In this document: positions 37,851-51,339 of the stretch, piece after piece | How positions within the stretch are numbered: position 1 is the stretch's first letter | Layout of the letters: every line of letters begins with the position of its first letter | Assembly: GCA_030141605.1 (NCBI GenBank) | Contig: JAQGDQ010000037.1 | Coordinates: 124,001 to 188,000 of the forward strand | Length of the DNA: 64,000 nucleotides | DNA from: Tubiluchus corallicola | Taxonomy: Eukaryota; Animalia; Priapulida | Direction: 5' to 3' | Program-made: the position numbers and the translations under genes | The notes under the pieces: generated by a model | Told to the model about the DNA's origin: nothing | Database searches by the model: none | Seen by the model: only the letters and a program-made list of their open reading frames with translations

Positions 37851-39555
37851 GATTAACTACATAGAAGCGTACAGTATTTTGCAACAACTTTTATTCCTTT
37901 TGCCCACTATAATAAGTTGTCTAACTGCGTGCAAGAGCAATTACTGTTATAGCAGGTTTAATTAACTTCAATATTTAATTTGTTTATTGTCTAACTTCTG
38001 TAGATCATTTTCAAAGTCTGGACTCCAATTGTCAATCTCTTCATGCAGTCATGCAGGTAATTTTTTGTGCTTTAACTATCTGCCTATTTATTTTACCTCA
38101 GATCATCAAAAATCGCTCTGTAATTTTTTAATGACTCTATACATTCGCTTGCTTATGCGCGACTATAACACACAACTTACAATATTGTTTACAATGTAAT
38201 TTTTTATTCCTGTTGTTTTTTCCCTGCATGTTATGCTTTTTGTTATGTAAATTATAACTTCTGTATGTCTGTGCATGAAAATTAACGCCCAATTTAATAT
38301 ACTTCAATATACCAATATATAGATAAACCTGATTCTCGGTTCTATTATTTACATGATAGTTTATTTTTGACTGTCTAAGAATTATGCTTGTGTTATAAAG
38401 TATATGTCAGTTGCCATTGTTCTTATGTTTCTGTTGTCAGATTTTTATTTTCAGTTCTTGTTTGATTTCTTTTTTATTATGCACTTATTATTACTGTGTA
38501 TGAACTGTATTAACACGTTATAAGCATATCAATTTAATGTCATTCGTAACAATTAAATTTTTATTATAAGCAGTACTAACACTAATACACTGTAGCATAG
38601 CGCTTATAAAAATGTTCCTGACTAACCATGGGGCAGCCGACTAGATGACCAATTGGTGTTTTGCTGCCCTTTCTTGACATTCTTGTTTCCAAGTTAATTG
38701 TATTATAACTGTGCGTGTGTTGCAAGGTAAATAAAAAGATTATAATTATTATATAGGCATTGATCCATTTCTTTTACGGTTAAGTGAAGGGATTTGTTAA
38801 AAACAGGCTTAAATACTTTGTTGTTTTTTAATCTAGTGGGCATATCAGAGTGACACACAAGTACTTAATTTTGGGTCATCAAAATAATGATTTACTATGA
38901 TTATTTTGGTAATTTTGGAATGTTTCTTGTAATAAGCACTTTTGCGCTGACTTTATTATTTATGATCATTTTGACGTTACATCAATTCTCATTGTGAAAG
39001 TGGTAAAAGTGTAACTAATGAGTAAGAATATATTATTTTGCAGCTTGAATATGTATTTACAAAAGTATTTACCAACTGTATTTTCAAACAACTGTCACAT
39101 TTTATTTGCAACATCAATATAACAAAGTTTATAAAAAAAGTAACGTACTAATGATCATTACACTGAAATATGATTCATAAATACTAACAATACATCAACA
39201 CTTTTAAAATGCTCCACCAGTCACCTTAACAAAACTAATGTAAGAAATCTATAAACCACAATTTCTTTAAAAAATAAAATGTCTGTACATGATCGAATAC
39301 CTGACAGCAGCTAACTCACAAAATTACATTCCAGATGTATACATAACAGACGAAGAAAACATAGTTCTATCTATTCTATATATAATATTAACTCAAACCT
39401 TAAACATATATATTTATATCATGATCTTTCTAGATATAGACATAAGAATACCATTCAACCATGGTAAAGTTTGGTTGCATCATATTTTTAGCAATATATT
39501 TTACAAAAAATTGAAAACATAAAAAACAAATATCACTTGACAAATCATCAAGCAA

Positions 39556-42500
39556 TCACGATGGTTGTACAGGTTTAACTTGTTGTGGTTGCTGCTGCTG
39601 TTGTTGTTGTTGATACTGTTGTTGCTGCTGCTGCTGCATCTGCTGTTGCTGCATCTGCTGTTGTTCCATAGCAGCTGCAGCTTGTCTTTGTTGAGCAAAA
39701 ATGAATTCGCCATAGTCTATAAAACCATCTTGGTTAAGATCTTCTTCGTACAGTATCAGATCTACAAAATCTGCTACTTCATTTTCATTATATTCTGGAG
39801 GTCCTTCTCCCTCTTCTGAAAAATAATGAACGTAAAATTTTATGGATTTTGTTCCCATTTATCTTGCTAAGGAGAATGAGAACTAGAAAATTCTGAAACA
39901 GGCACATCTTTAAATTCACCCGATGACTACGTAATTCCTGTTAGTGAGCACTGAGAGCAAAATTTGATTAAACGTTGACAAAAGAAAGAATGCTTAATGG
40001 AAGGAAGACACAAAACAGTCATCAAGACAGTCATTAAAAATGCCAATAAAATTGTGTGCTGTAATGACTGCCATTCATTAAGCAACTAAAATGCATTTTA
40101 AATTGCAAAAACATTCATATTAATGGGGAAATATCAATGATCAATTCTAAACTCAGGTACATCTCTAAAGTTACCTAATGACCAGGTAATTCATACTAGC
40201 TCAAAAAAGACGACTCTGGCACTCAAGGCTAATGTGGAGGTGGACGAGTGACCGTGTCTTGTTACAGCTATGAACAACTTCTCTATAATTACTACCATTG
40301 ACTACCTGTCTGATAATTTTTATAAGACAAACAATAGCAAAAATATGTGCTAGACAGAAAAATGACACAAGTATATATATATATAAGAAATATGCATAAG
40401 AAAATGTAAATAAAGAAATCGCCAAGTTTACATTTTCTCTAGAGTTAAGTTACAGACACTAAACATAAGATAATACGTAAGAATAACAAAATATATTTAC
40501 AACATCGTTCAATTATATTTAATTAAATGATGTAGTAACTTTTTACTTGACTACTTGAAGACTACTCAACTTTCTAATTTAAGACTAATATTATGTAAAT
40601 TTCCTAAGTTCTATATAATTATGTTAAAGTAAATTTTGGCAGAACAAAGATACCAAATAGCAAAATATTTACAAAGAGATATAAAGAAAATTGATTTTTG
40701 CTACAATAATATTTCCAAATACATTCATACGACATACGATATTACAAGATCATACATAAAAATATCATAGCTGAGTTTTTAGAACTACAACCTATTGCCT
40801 TCTTTTTCTGTCACTTTCTGTTAAAATATCTTTATTTCTTTTTTGCAATTACACGTATCAATTATTTTGTTTCAACTTTGGTTTCAGAAATCCACTGTAG
40901 TACAAACTTTTTGTTTTCACGGTAATGATAGTACATGGCATGACATCACTGTATGATACAATGATGTTGTTTCTTTCTCTGTTTTTACAATGAATGTAAC
41001 TATTAGACAACAAGAGGCAAAAAATTTAGTATTTTAATGGTTGATTACTGTGGCTTAACTCTGTAACAACCAAGTCATAGAACAATTAGTTCAGCAAATT
41101 CCTATACGTATGTAGCTTGGATACCCTTGCTTTTTGAGTAAACAGAGCCAAATAAGGAAGAAAATCCAGTTGGAGAAATAATTCTTGTAGAGAAAAAGAA
41201 AACTAATGCATGAATCATAGCTAAATGACTATACAGTCGACCCTCGTTAAACCGGACCCCGTTAGCCCGGATATCGGATAAGACGGACGTCATCCATAAA
41301 GGAAACTGACCGATTTCCGACCGAGCCGGAGTGCTAAACACAACACGGCCTACCAACTCACCACGAGCCATTGACGGGCCGAAGCCATTTTTTATTTAAA
41401 CTGTACAATAATTTCTTTATCCTCACAGGTTAACTATTTTAAAGTAATATACAGTATAGTATATAGTGCAATGTATATAGGCCTTATTAAGGTGATTATT
41501 CCTGCATAATATAGACCATATATAGGCATATCGGAAAAATCGGACAATCGGCTAAACCGGACCCCCCCTCCCCCCCAATTAGTCCGGTTTAACGAGGGCT
41601 GACTGTACATGGTTAGTTCTCAGGACTGATTATTCTCAACTTTCGAGACGGTCTCTTACAGAATTTCTAATACTTTAGTAGGAAATGTGCATAGAAAAGG
41701 ACCTGGCTATCACTACTGTACCACACCCACTAGTCTAAATAATCTAAATTTTAATCTAAAGAAATAATGATAGAAAAATTTGTTGACGCACAAAATTAAT
41801 TCAGTCAACAGGAAAAAACCACAAATGGTCAGTTATACTTTAAAACAGCCAAGTCAAATGTTCAAACCTTTTAAACTCATAATTTATCTGGATGATTTCC
41901 TGGCCCCCCACCAGCTTGAGATTTAATAAATTCGGCATAGTCAATAAATCCGTCATAGTTACGATCATCCTCGCGTAAAATGTCATCAATTAGATTAACC
42001 AGCTCATACTCCTGGAATGGCGGAGGCACGGCATTTGGATCTTCTGCAAAGAATTTAGCAGAGAGAAATGTTAGTAGACCCACCATCACCATAACAAAAG
42101 AAAGCATGCTTAATTAATGAAGTACAGTCACGAAGAAATCATTAAGATGTAAAGAAATTAGCATGTAAAAATTTCTGCTAGCAAAAAAAAGTTAGTAAAA
42201 TTGTGCACTGCAATGGCTGTCATTCGCTACATGCTAGGTGACAAAAGATGCATTTTAAGTTGTTAAAAGCGCAGCACAAGAATGCTTACTAAATCATGTA
42301 AAATGGTGTTACAGTCACAGTACTTAAAATTATTTGATAGGTTCCGCCTTTACTAAATGATGCACTCAGTAGAAATGCAAAGTAACAAATAACAGTTTGA
42401 TTATTGTGGTTAATAAAAAGGTTCATATAATAGATTATAAAAAACATTTAATGTAACAGCCACGCCCACAAATTTTTTACTAATCACTATAAACATAGTG

Positions 42501-45500
42501 AATAGTCATGTTTAATATATTTACCTGGCTTAAGGAAACAGCTCTAAAATATCATTATAAATGAATTTATTTACTTAATAGCACCTTGCTGGCTCTATCA
42601 AGAAGAATCATGAATCATATAGCAAAAAGTAAAATATAAATAAAGCAATGAAGTTTTATAATCACAGAACACCTCCAATGATGAAAAATAAAACAGTTAA
42701 ATCTCATGATAACCAAACCACTCCACTATGTTCCAGTCACTAATCATCATGTGTGGAAATAATTAAGCATCATCGTCAAACCAAATAATCCTGCGGTGAT
42801 AAATGACAAAAGATATGATGGAAGCTCGAAGAATGACATTAAAGAAGTTAGAACTACAACGATCTATATATACAAACTACAGATAGAATAAAACAACTAA
42901 TTAGTTATTATCTAGCAGCGATACAAACACAACAAACATCACCTAGGATTTGAGCAACAAGCCATTTTAATGGAACTGCAGTGACATGGAAAATTCAATA
43001 TACTGTCAGTTTTAGAACATGTAGCACTAAACGAAACATACAAGCAATAACTAATCAATAAAAACAGAAATGCAGGAAATGTAAAATACTTGATTTGAAA
43101 AATTGAACTGTAATCTGCAAACCCTGCCAAATGCAGTTTTGACAGTGAACACAGAAAAATAATAAATATATAAATATTTAGTAGCATCTGAAGAGATTAT
43201 TATTTAATAAATAATAAATAGTTCTAAATATCTAATGTCTAAATCACCCTAGGCAAAGAGAAGACATAATTGAATGTAAGCAAAACTTACAGTACAATAT
43301 GTCTTGGCACACAAGACAGTACAGGAAACTTGTGAGGAAAATCTAAACAAATTATATATGAACATAGGCACACATATGAACAACACTTCAAGGGTGAATC
43401 TATGTATCAACTGCATAATTGACTGTTGCAAACAAACAAGCTATGCCTAAAATAAATAAACAGCATCTCCACAAAACTTGTCAGTCCACATACAGAAATG
43501 CATGCATATCAATGCACAATTGCACATACTGGGTGAGATAAATTGTATGATACACAAATACGGGCACTACAGATGAATACAATATAGAATAAGTCTAGCT
43601 AACATAAGACAATAATGTTTAAGCATTTTTATACCACAAGGGTGCAAAGAATTTGGACATTAGGTGTCAAGTGCATTAGATTCCCGGATAGTGGCAAAAA
43701 TTTAGACCGGATTCAAAAATTCCAAAAATTTAGCACATTTCGTTCATCAATCCTGCTCACCGTAGTTATGAACAATAACCAATTAGCAACTAACTTAACA
43801 GCTTTTTTATTGAGCAAATTACGAACAAATTTTTATGAAATATAGGCTGTATTATGCCAAAAAAGTAAATTTATGATCGAGATCACATCCGACTAGAGGT
43901 GGAACCTTTGCTTGCACTCTGTATACAAGTGACGCTATGCGAAATAGATTCACCCCGATTAAAACAGAGTTTGCTGGAATAAGCATCGGAAAAAAATAAT
44001 TTAGATTTTTTTTGTTTAATTTATTTCATAAATTTAATTAAATTATAAAATCCTATCTTGGAAAAAGACTGGCGCAAGACAGGATATAGTGGCATTACTT
44101 TAGTATCAAAGACACACTTTTCCAATGTGTTCCAATGTGTTTACACAAGTCATACTACGCTGCTAAGTGAAATAATTTATTGCAATTTCCTAACTTTGTT
44201 TTAGATCCAGATTCAGATCTGAGAGAAATGGACCTGGTTCTGGTCCAGATCTGGTGCACTTTTAATTTATATGTTTGTAAGTGGCTTGGTACACAATTAA
44301 GTTGGGTAAAAACAGCAAATACACGAAATGATGGCTACCTGTATGGAAATGTGTTAGTGCATGAACAAGTTCCAGGCCATCCAGTTTGTTATCGTTGTTT
44401 AAATCATGTTGTTTAAAATAGTGGAATTGTAACTCTTGTTCAGTCATGTCTTTTGGATCCTTGTCGATCATGCCCTCCAAATGTTCCTTTATGTGTCTGC
44501 AAAATTATCACACAGATTATCTTCAAGTTAATGATGCACATGATTTATATTCAATAGAGATTAAAGGTACAAATTATTATGTTTCATAGCAACATAAATG
44601 TAACACGTGTTCTGTTGTACAGGCACTACATTAAATACACTTACTGTACATTCTAGTACATGTATCTATAGATTATCTTAAGTTAAAGTTTCACAGAGTA
44701 TGCATTTTGATGAGTAAGATGGACCATAAAAACCTAACAAAGCTGGTGCATGTAGACATATTTAGAGGCAACCTACTTACACAAATTGACCTAACAGCAA
44801 ATTAATTGAAAAATTATCAGGAATTAGTTGAAAAGGAAGACATTGAAAGTTGTAACCTAATCAGGACTTGAATCCAGAATCTTGTGCTTTCATGGCTTAG
44901 CAGAACTGGTTTGAATTCTTGTTGCAGCACTACACAGTCGATCTGACTCACCTGGCTGATACTGTGATATATCACCTACACGATAGTTTCATACACAAAG
45001 AACTGTTGCTGCACTTTATGAATAAACAGACACACGAACAAAACATATGCAAAGTAAATTGTAAGCATACTTAAGCATGCATTACAATTTCTAAAATCAA
45101 GTCTGCTCGAGTGGTTGTTTGTACAAAATTTCCTCGAATAAAATAAACGTGGTAAAATGGCTAAATAGATTACTAGATTTTTATTAGATTTATATCTATG
45201 TAGCTTCACATTATTTAGCACACCTTAGACAAAAATAAAACATAATCAAATGTAATCAAAATGTGATTAAATATAACATTTTATGGGTATCAGAAGTTTA
45301 TTGCAGAAGCTGTACAATTCCACAATAGCAATGTTAAGACTAAAAACTGTTCACACTCACTCTTTATCTTGCACTCGCTGCCTATCCAACTGTTGTCTTT
45401 GTTGGTGTTGTCCCTGTTGTTGTTGTTGCTGCTGGTGTGATGGCTGTTTATGATGGTGTTGCGGGACCTGTTGTTGGTTCATAGGGTTTTTATTTTGATG

Positions 45501-45557
45501 TCCCATTGCTGGCAAAACACACATGACACATCCAATTACAAGTATTTCTAGCTTCAT
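39556..45557 (-). CDS. MCFD2: Multiple coagulation factor deficiency protein 2 homolog (EF-hand ER-Golgi cargo-receptor subunit), isoform with distal last exon
   Basis: Exons 45557-45361 (signal peptide, Gln/His-rich), 44496-44339 (EHIKEHLEG..MTEQELQFHYFKQHDLNNDNKLDGLEL) and 39815-39556 (DLNQDGFIDYGEF plus polyQ tail). Splice phases match. Confidence 0.9.
41234..41605. mobile_element. Tc1/mariner-pogo-type MITE
   Basis: TIRs CAGTCGACCCTCGTTAAACCGGAC / GTCCGGTTTAACGAGGGCTGACTG, TA TSD. Confidence 0.9.
41877..42043 (-). CDS. MCFD2: MCFD2 alternative proximal last exon (second EF-hand)
   Basis: Acceptor tttgcag with a CTACTAAC branch point; phase-1 compatible; EDPNAVPPPFQEYELVNLIDDILREDDRNYDGFIDYAEFIKSQ...PDKL*. 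Confidence 0.88.
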
Positions 45558-46279
45558 TTTAATGCTCACCTAGAACAAGGAATACATAAAAAACTGGTAA
45601 AGCCAGAGTTTCACTGGGCCACACAACCTTTTATGATGACCAAAAATTTCTTAAGTACAACAGTCGCCAAAAAATTCTTGTGACTGTGTTTTATGATACA
45701 GTTTGCGAACTTGCAAATCATTTGTGCGAGATTCAAAATAACTGTGCTTTTTTGGGTTTTTTCTCGGGCAACTGTCGACAAAATATCGCATGAAGTTCAC
45801 ACTACATGTTTGTAATATATTTGTACCTCTTCAGCGACAAGCCAAATATTGCACGACATTCGCGCAAGTATATCACAATCTTTTCACAGCCATTTCACAG
45901 ATTTTTTTGGAAAAAAGAGCTGACAAACGAGGTTTTCTAAAATGTCAACAAAATGTTGACAAGTGCTTACAAAGTCATCCAGAATTCTTAAGTGTCTCAA
46001 ATAGTGTAGGGAATTTTGCCAAGTATCTTGTTGGTCACATGACCATGGCCACTCACTTGTGCATATCTGTTTCTACACGGGCAAGCGAGTTAGTTGGTAG
46101 ACGTTAACAGTTCTTTAAAAGTAGTTTTCCACAGTATGATAGTGGCATAATTTATCAGATATATTGTTACCATACATTACATTGGTTGGAATTGTATAAC
46201 CAGTATATGTTGCATTTCAGTGCCAGGCTCGTAAAAGGGGTTCTCAGTTAAATGCTTCAACATCTATTTGCAAGCCTTA

Positions 46280-49230
46280 TGTGCATCCAAAAGAGCAAAC
46301 TCAAACAAAACATTCTACATATGTATCTTCACAATTTCCTCACACTGTGGCACCACAGGACAGGACTGGGCAAGATGATATAGCTGTAATAGCGAAACTT
46401 ATGCTGGAGAATCAGGTCCAGCAGCACAACATATATAAAACTGTACAGCTTCCTAAAACAGAAGAGAAACATTTGATAGAAACCCTTTACATTTTTATGA
46501 ATCAAATAGAGGCAACAGTAGAGAAATATACACAGAACAAAACAGCCAGATTTACCCGACAGTTACAACTGTGCACTGGAAATGCAAAACCATTAATTGA
46601 AAGATGTAATTACATGAGCCCCGAAATGGCTTACCAGTACACCAAAGACCTACTCAGACAACCTTTTGGTCAGCCTTATGTCGTCACATAAGCATTGCTG
46701 AGAAAAATAAGCAGTTTTGGAAGGATAATGCCCCATGAAGGAGAAAAGCTACAAAAGTTTGCTGATTTACTAAGTGGCTGTACAGACATTCAAGGCAGCC
46801 TATTACTAATAATAAAGTTGCCCTTTAAACAACAGTGGCAGACACTACTAACTACAATTGGAAGAAGTGAAGAAAGAAATCCAGAACGTAAATGATGTTG
46901 TGAGCTTTGTTCAACAAGTAACTGATGAAATTGCTCATCCTGTATTTGGTTGCTTGATCAATCAATCAAAGAAGAAGCAGATTACTGAGAGCACACAGGA
47001 AAAAAGGGGCACAGTAAAAGGTTTTGCAGCTCAAGTGGCAGAGACAGGGAACCAAGTCTCAAATGTTAAGAGTTTTGAACATAATTTGAACAAAGTTGCA
47101 CCCAAACAATGTAGTTTATGCTCAGAGAATAATCATTTGCGAAACTGAGGGAAATTTAAGAGCATGAGACATGAAGCCAGATTGAATTTCACAAAGAAAA
47201 GGTATCTTTGCTTATGATATGGAAACCACAGAGCTATTTACTGTCGTCTTTGTGGATGTACCAAGCCAAACTGCAAGCGAAAAAAACTCGGTCTTACTTC
47301 ACAAGGCTTAAGAAAGCTGGAAACCGCCACAAAGCCCAACAAACACACAAACCTCAGAGGAACAACAATTAAAGGATAAGGCAACAACATGTACTACAAT
47401 TGATAGCAACCACACAGACAATATAGCTTTGCCCTGTGTCTCTGTTAAGGTCAGCAGTGAAAGAGTTGTATCAACTCATGCCTTATTAGACGGCGGGAGT
47501 AATCACACATTTTGTACCAAGGAGCTACTAGAGATGCTCAACCTCACTGGTAGAGACACTGAGTCTTTCCACAGTGAATTAGAACACTAAAATAAATGTG
47601 GTTCAAGTGGCATTAGAAGTCACCCCACAGCACTTGGAAAATGGAGAGGCAGTGAAATTTCACAGAGTATCATTGGAAGATTTTTCAAACTTTTCTGATT
47701 CTGGCTTAGAGAAGCAGATGTCATCAAGTGGGCTCACCTGGAAGGTTTACACTTTTCGCTCCTCGTTCAGGCAAAGTTATGCGAATTATTGGCCAACATG
47801 TGCCAGTGGCAATGATACCCTTGGAAGTCAGACAAGGCCCATCGCTTTCAGCACCCTATGCTGTCAGGACAGGCTTAAGTTGATCTTTACGTGGGCCCAT
47901 AGGGTGCGGAAATTATTCGCATGCTGCCCTGTGCAACCTGTCTCAAGTCTTAACAGACCAAAATGACCTGGATAAAAATTTGTCAATGCAAATAGGGAAC
48001 TTCTGGAAAACAGAAAGATGGGATGATGACTATGGTAACAACAACAGTTTTTAGCCGACAAGACGAAGAGCACTGGAAATCTAGGAGGAGACAATAACAA
48101 GAACCAATGATGGCCACTAACAGTTGGCAATTCCTTTTAAGAATCCTCAGTTCCCAAATAACAAGTCTATGGCTGATTCTCGATTTACAAATTTAAAAGT
48201 TAGAGTGAAAGAATCCAGTTCTACATGAAAAATATACTGCAGAGATTGCCACTTTGCTAGCAAACAATTATGTTGAAGAAGTGCCAGAGGATAAGAGCCA
48301 GAAATAGGAAAAACCTGGTATTTGCCACATTTTCCGGTTTTCAACAAGCCTGAAAACACGCCCAGTTTTTGACTGTTCAGCTAAGCACAATGGAGTGACC
48401 TTTAATGATGTTGTCCTCCAAGGATCTGACCTAACATGTAAGCTTCCAGGAGCCCTGCTGAGATTTCGTGAAAACAATGTTGCTGTTGTGGCTGACATAG
48501 AAACCATGTTTCATCAAGTGTGACCGGAAGACCGAGGCACCCTGCGCTTTATGTACTGGCAAGATGGTAATCTGGACGGAGAAATAAAAAACCTATCGAA
48601 TGTCTGTCCATCTTTTTGGAGGCGTTTGGTAACCCAGTATCACGCTACTTTTGTTCTGCAATGGACAGCCATCGACAATGTTATTTTCTCTCCTGATAAA
48701 GTCGTTCAGAGTGTAAGCAAGAATTTTTATGTCAATGATTTTCCGAAATCTTTGACAAATGAGAAAGATGCAATTAGTTTTATGGATCATGTTTCCGAGC
48801 TACTAAAGGCCAGCTACTAAACTTAATTAAATGGATAAGCAGTAGCAAAATCGTCTTGAAAGAAATTTCTGAGGACAAAAGGGGCAAGGCAGTGAAGACA
48901 CTTGACTTATCAACTGATTGTTTGCCCAAAGCCCGGGCATTGGGTGTAGGTTGGACCATGCACTCAGACACATTTTGTGTAAACATAAAGCAGAAGGATA
49001 AGCCAGAAACTTGTTGAGTGTCATCTCATCTGTTTACGATCCATTTTGGTATCTCTCACCTTATACCTTGAATGCCAAGATATTGGTCTGAGAAGCTACG
49101 GAAAGGCAGAAGAAGGCATGGGATCAAAACCTTGATTCAGACATTCAAGAGAAATGGAAGGCATGGTTACAGGATCTTCCACTCTTGGAGAGTCTCAAAC
49201 TAGAAATCGTCACTAATTGGCAATATACTT
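46280..49230 (+). mobile_element. Decayed BEL/Pao LTR retrotransposon internal region
   Basis: Gag (LQLCTGNAKPLIERC, CSLCSENNH), protease ALLDGGSNHTF, RT WYLPHFPV..VFDCSAK, VADIETMFHQV and FYVNDF, RNase H region RALGVGW and SSVYDP. Multiple stops; LTRs not identified. Confidence 0.88.
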
Positions 49231-49279
49231 TCCATGTTTGATGCATGTTCAGACAACTTTATGACTCTTTAGAGATGTT

Positions 49280-50200
49280 TTGGTGAAGTGGCAAATTTTG
49301 AGTGGCCCATACTGCTTCCTTATTTTTATAAATAATATTGCCGATTGTATTTCCCCAGGAACTAGCATCCCATTTCTTGTTGATGATTTAAAGCCCTTTC
49401 GTACAATTTGGGACGATACTAATCGTTATATTTTACAGCATGACTTGGATGAAATTTTAGACTGGTGCAGTAAATGACTGATGACACCCTAAACCCAGTA
49501 AATGTGCTTTACTTACAATACGGCCTAAATCTATTACACCTTACTCTCTAAATAATGCTCAAACAATGCTCGCTAAATAATTACTCTCTAAATAATGCTC
49601 ACTATACTCCCTAAATAAAAGCTGAAAAAAGGATAATGCTCAAATAGCTGAAAAAAGTTGTCAGACTTGGGAGTAATGATTTGTAACGACCTTAAATGGA
49701 ATTCCCATGTGAATTATCATTAATAAAGCAAATCGTCGTATTGGCATGATTAAGCGGTGTGTGATATCAAAAATGCAGCCAGTAATTATTCCTCTCTATA
49801 AAGCTGTTGTTCCACCCATTCTGGAATACCTGTCGGTTGTATGGTCACCCCAGTTTGCTACTCTCAAGAATGCTCTCAAAAGCATAGATGAACTCGTCTT
49901 GCTATTGATTTGGATTCCGCTTCAATTTCTACTCTTGAGCAAAGGCGTGAGACTGTAGACCTTGTGAACTGCTTTAAAATAATTAGTGGGAATACTGTTC
50001 TGACTGTGGCAGACTTTTTTCTAGGCCTCACAGACTACACGTGGTCATAAGTATAAGTTATTTGTGCAACCAGCTATAACCAACATCAGATCACACTTCT
50101 TTAGGCATGGTGTAGTTCAACCATGAAATCATCTTTCATCATCAACCATCAGTGCTTCATCAGTTGACAGTTTCAAAAGGTATATGAGAGAGGACCATTT
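49280..50200 (+). mobile_element. CR1-type LINE RT 3' fragment
   Basis: ILSGPYCFLIFINNI, LVDDLK, LQHDLDEILDW, LYKAVVPPILEYLSVVWSP and RGHKYKL motifs. Confidence 0.8.
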
Positions 50201-50649
50201 ATAGATAGTTACCATCTAGATCCTTATTTCTTTGGATAAGGTATTAGTAAGTTGATCAGCAAGTAGTCGTTCATGAATTGGTAGATGTTAAAACGCTAAT
50301 GGGACAGCAATTTGACTTTTCCAATTTGTCAATTTGTTAAAAATCGGTGAGATTTCGTTGCATTTCAAGAAATCAGTATAAACAGTAAAAGTTATCATAC
50401 TCATAGCATCAAATGCAAACAAAAGGAGTTTTGCCAGTTTTAGAAATTTTGGAATAACTTGGATTTGAAGCTTGGAATTGCTGGACTTGAATTTTTTGAC
50501 ACAAGCTGAAAAGTAATGAAAGAACTACGAACCAAAGCTGATCCTGACTGTTACTTCATAAGTCTAAAGTATTTACTTGTTAATAATTTTTGTTGCACCA
50601 CAAAAGTGCTTGGTGTATTACATTTTAAACCTCAAAAACGAAGAAATGT

Positions 50650-51100
50650 GATACTTACAAATATAACCTAATTGTGGATCCAGCACTAGGACACTGGTTG
50701 CTTGAGCGCGATGACTAATAATTAACACAGATACAGCAACTACCGTGGTATTAAACACAGTTGCACTAGTAGTAGTATTTAGTAGATTTTAAATTTATGG
50801 TAAAAAACAAAAACTTGGTCAAATAACTGTTATTAATCTTCGGCACCAGCTAACAGTGGCGTGAACAAGACATGTACGACGCTGCCTAGTAACCTCTAAA
50901 ACTTAAAACTAGGACAGGTCAGCCGTGAAATCAAGCATAACTTCGGCTACTCGTGCAAGTTATAGCGGCATACCTGTTAATACACGTGTATTTAACGGTA
51001 GACGCCATATCACCAGGCGTAACTTGTCGAAAGTTTAAGCGTAGCAGCCGTAGCTGCTGGTATCGCATCTCTACATATTGCATTACCTTATTTTTCTGTT
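50650..51100. promoter_or_regulatory. Probable shared (bidirectional) promoter / non-coding first exons for MCFD2 and NUP155
   Basis: Both genes have splice acceptors just upstream of their ATGs (45570 minus; 53416 plus). This is the main non-repeat, CpG-richer interval between them. Minus-strand donor GTAAGT at ~50658. Confidence 0.35.
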
Positions 51101-51339
51101 AGGAGTTAAATTAATAAAAATCAAATTAATAAAACAGTCAAGAGAATAATTACTATTAGATTTTTTAGAGCAGCCCAAGTATTTGCATATGCATATATGT
51201 ATTGTTGTACAATACATGGACATTATAATAATAAATTATAATCGTAATATTATGCACATAATAATTTTGTATAATTATTGAAATGTAATAATATAAGTAT
51301 GGTTTTAAATTAATCGGACATTATTTTCATGTTCCTCTT

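Noticed and set aside
41877-41895. C-terminal HPDKL as a KDEL-type ER-retrieval signal
   Set aside because: Lacks the conserved terminal -EL; too weak to claim.
42449-42480. Candidate docking site complementary to the MCFD2 intronic elements
   Set aside because: Only ~8+5 bp of interrupted pairing in AT-rich DNA; not distinguishable from chance by eye.
42520-42800. Additional MCFD2 micro-exons or a third terminal exon
   Set aside because: Acceptor-like sites exist, but products are not frame-preserving or lack any EF-hand.
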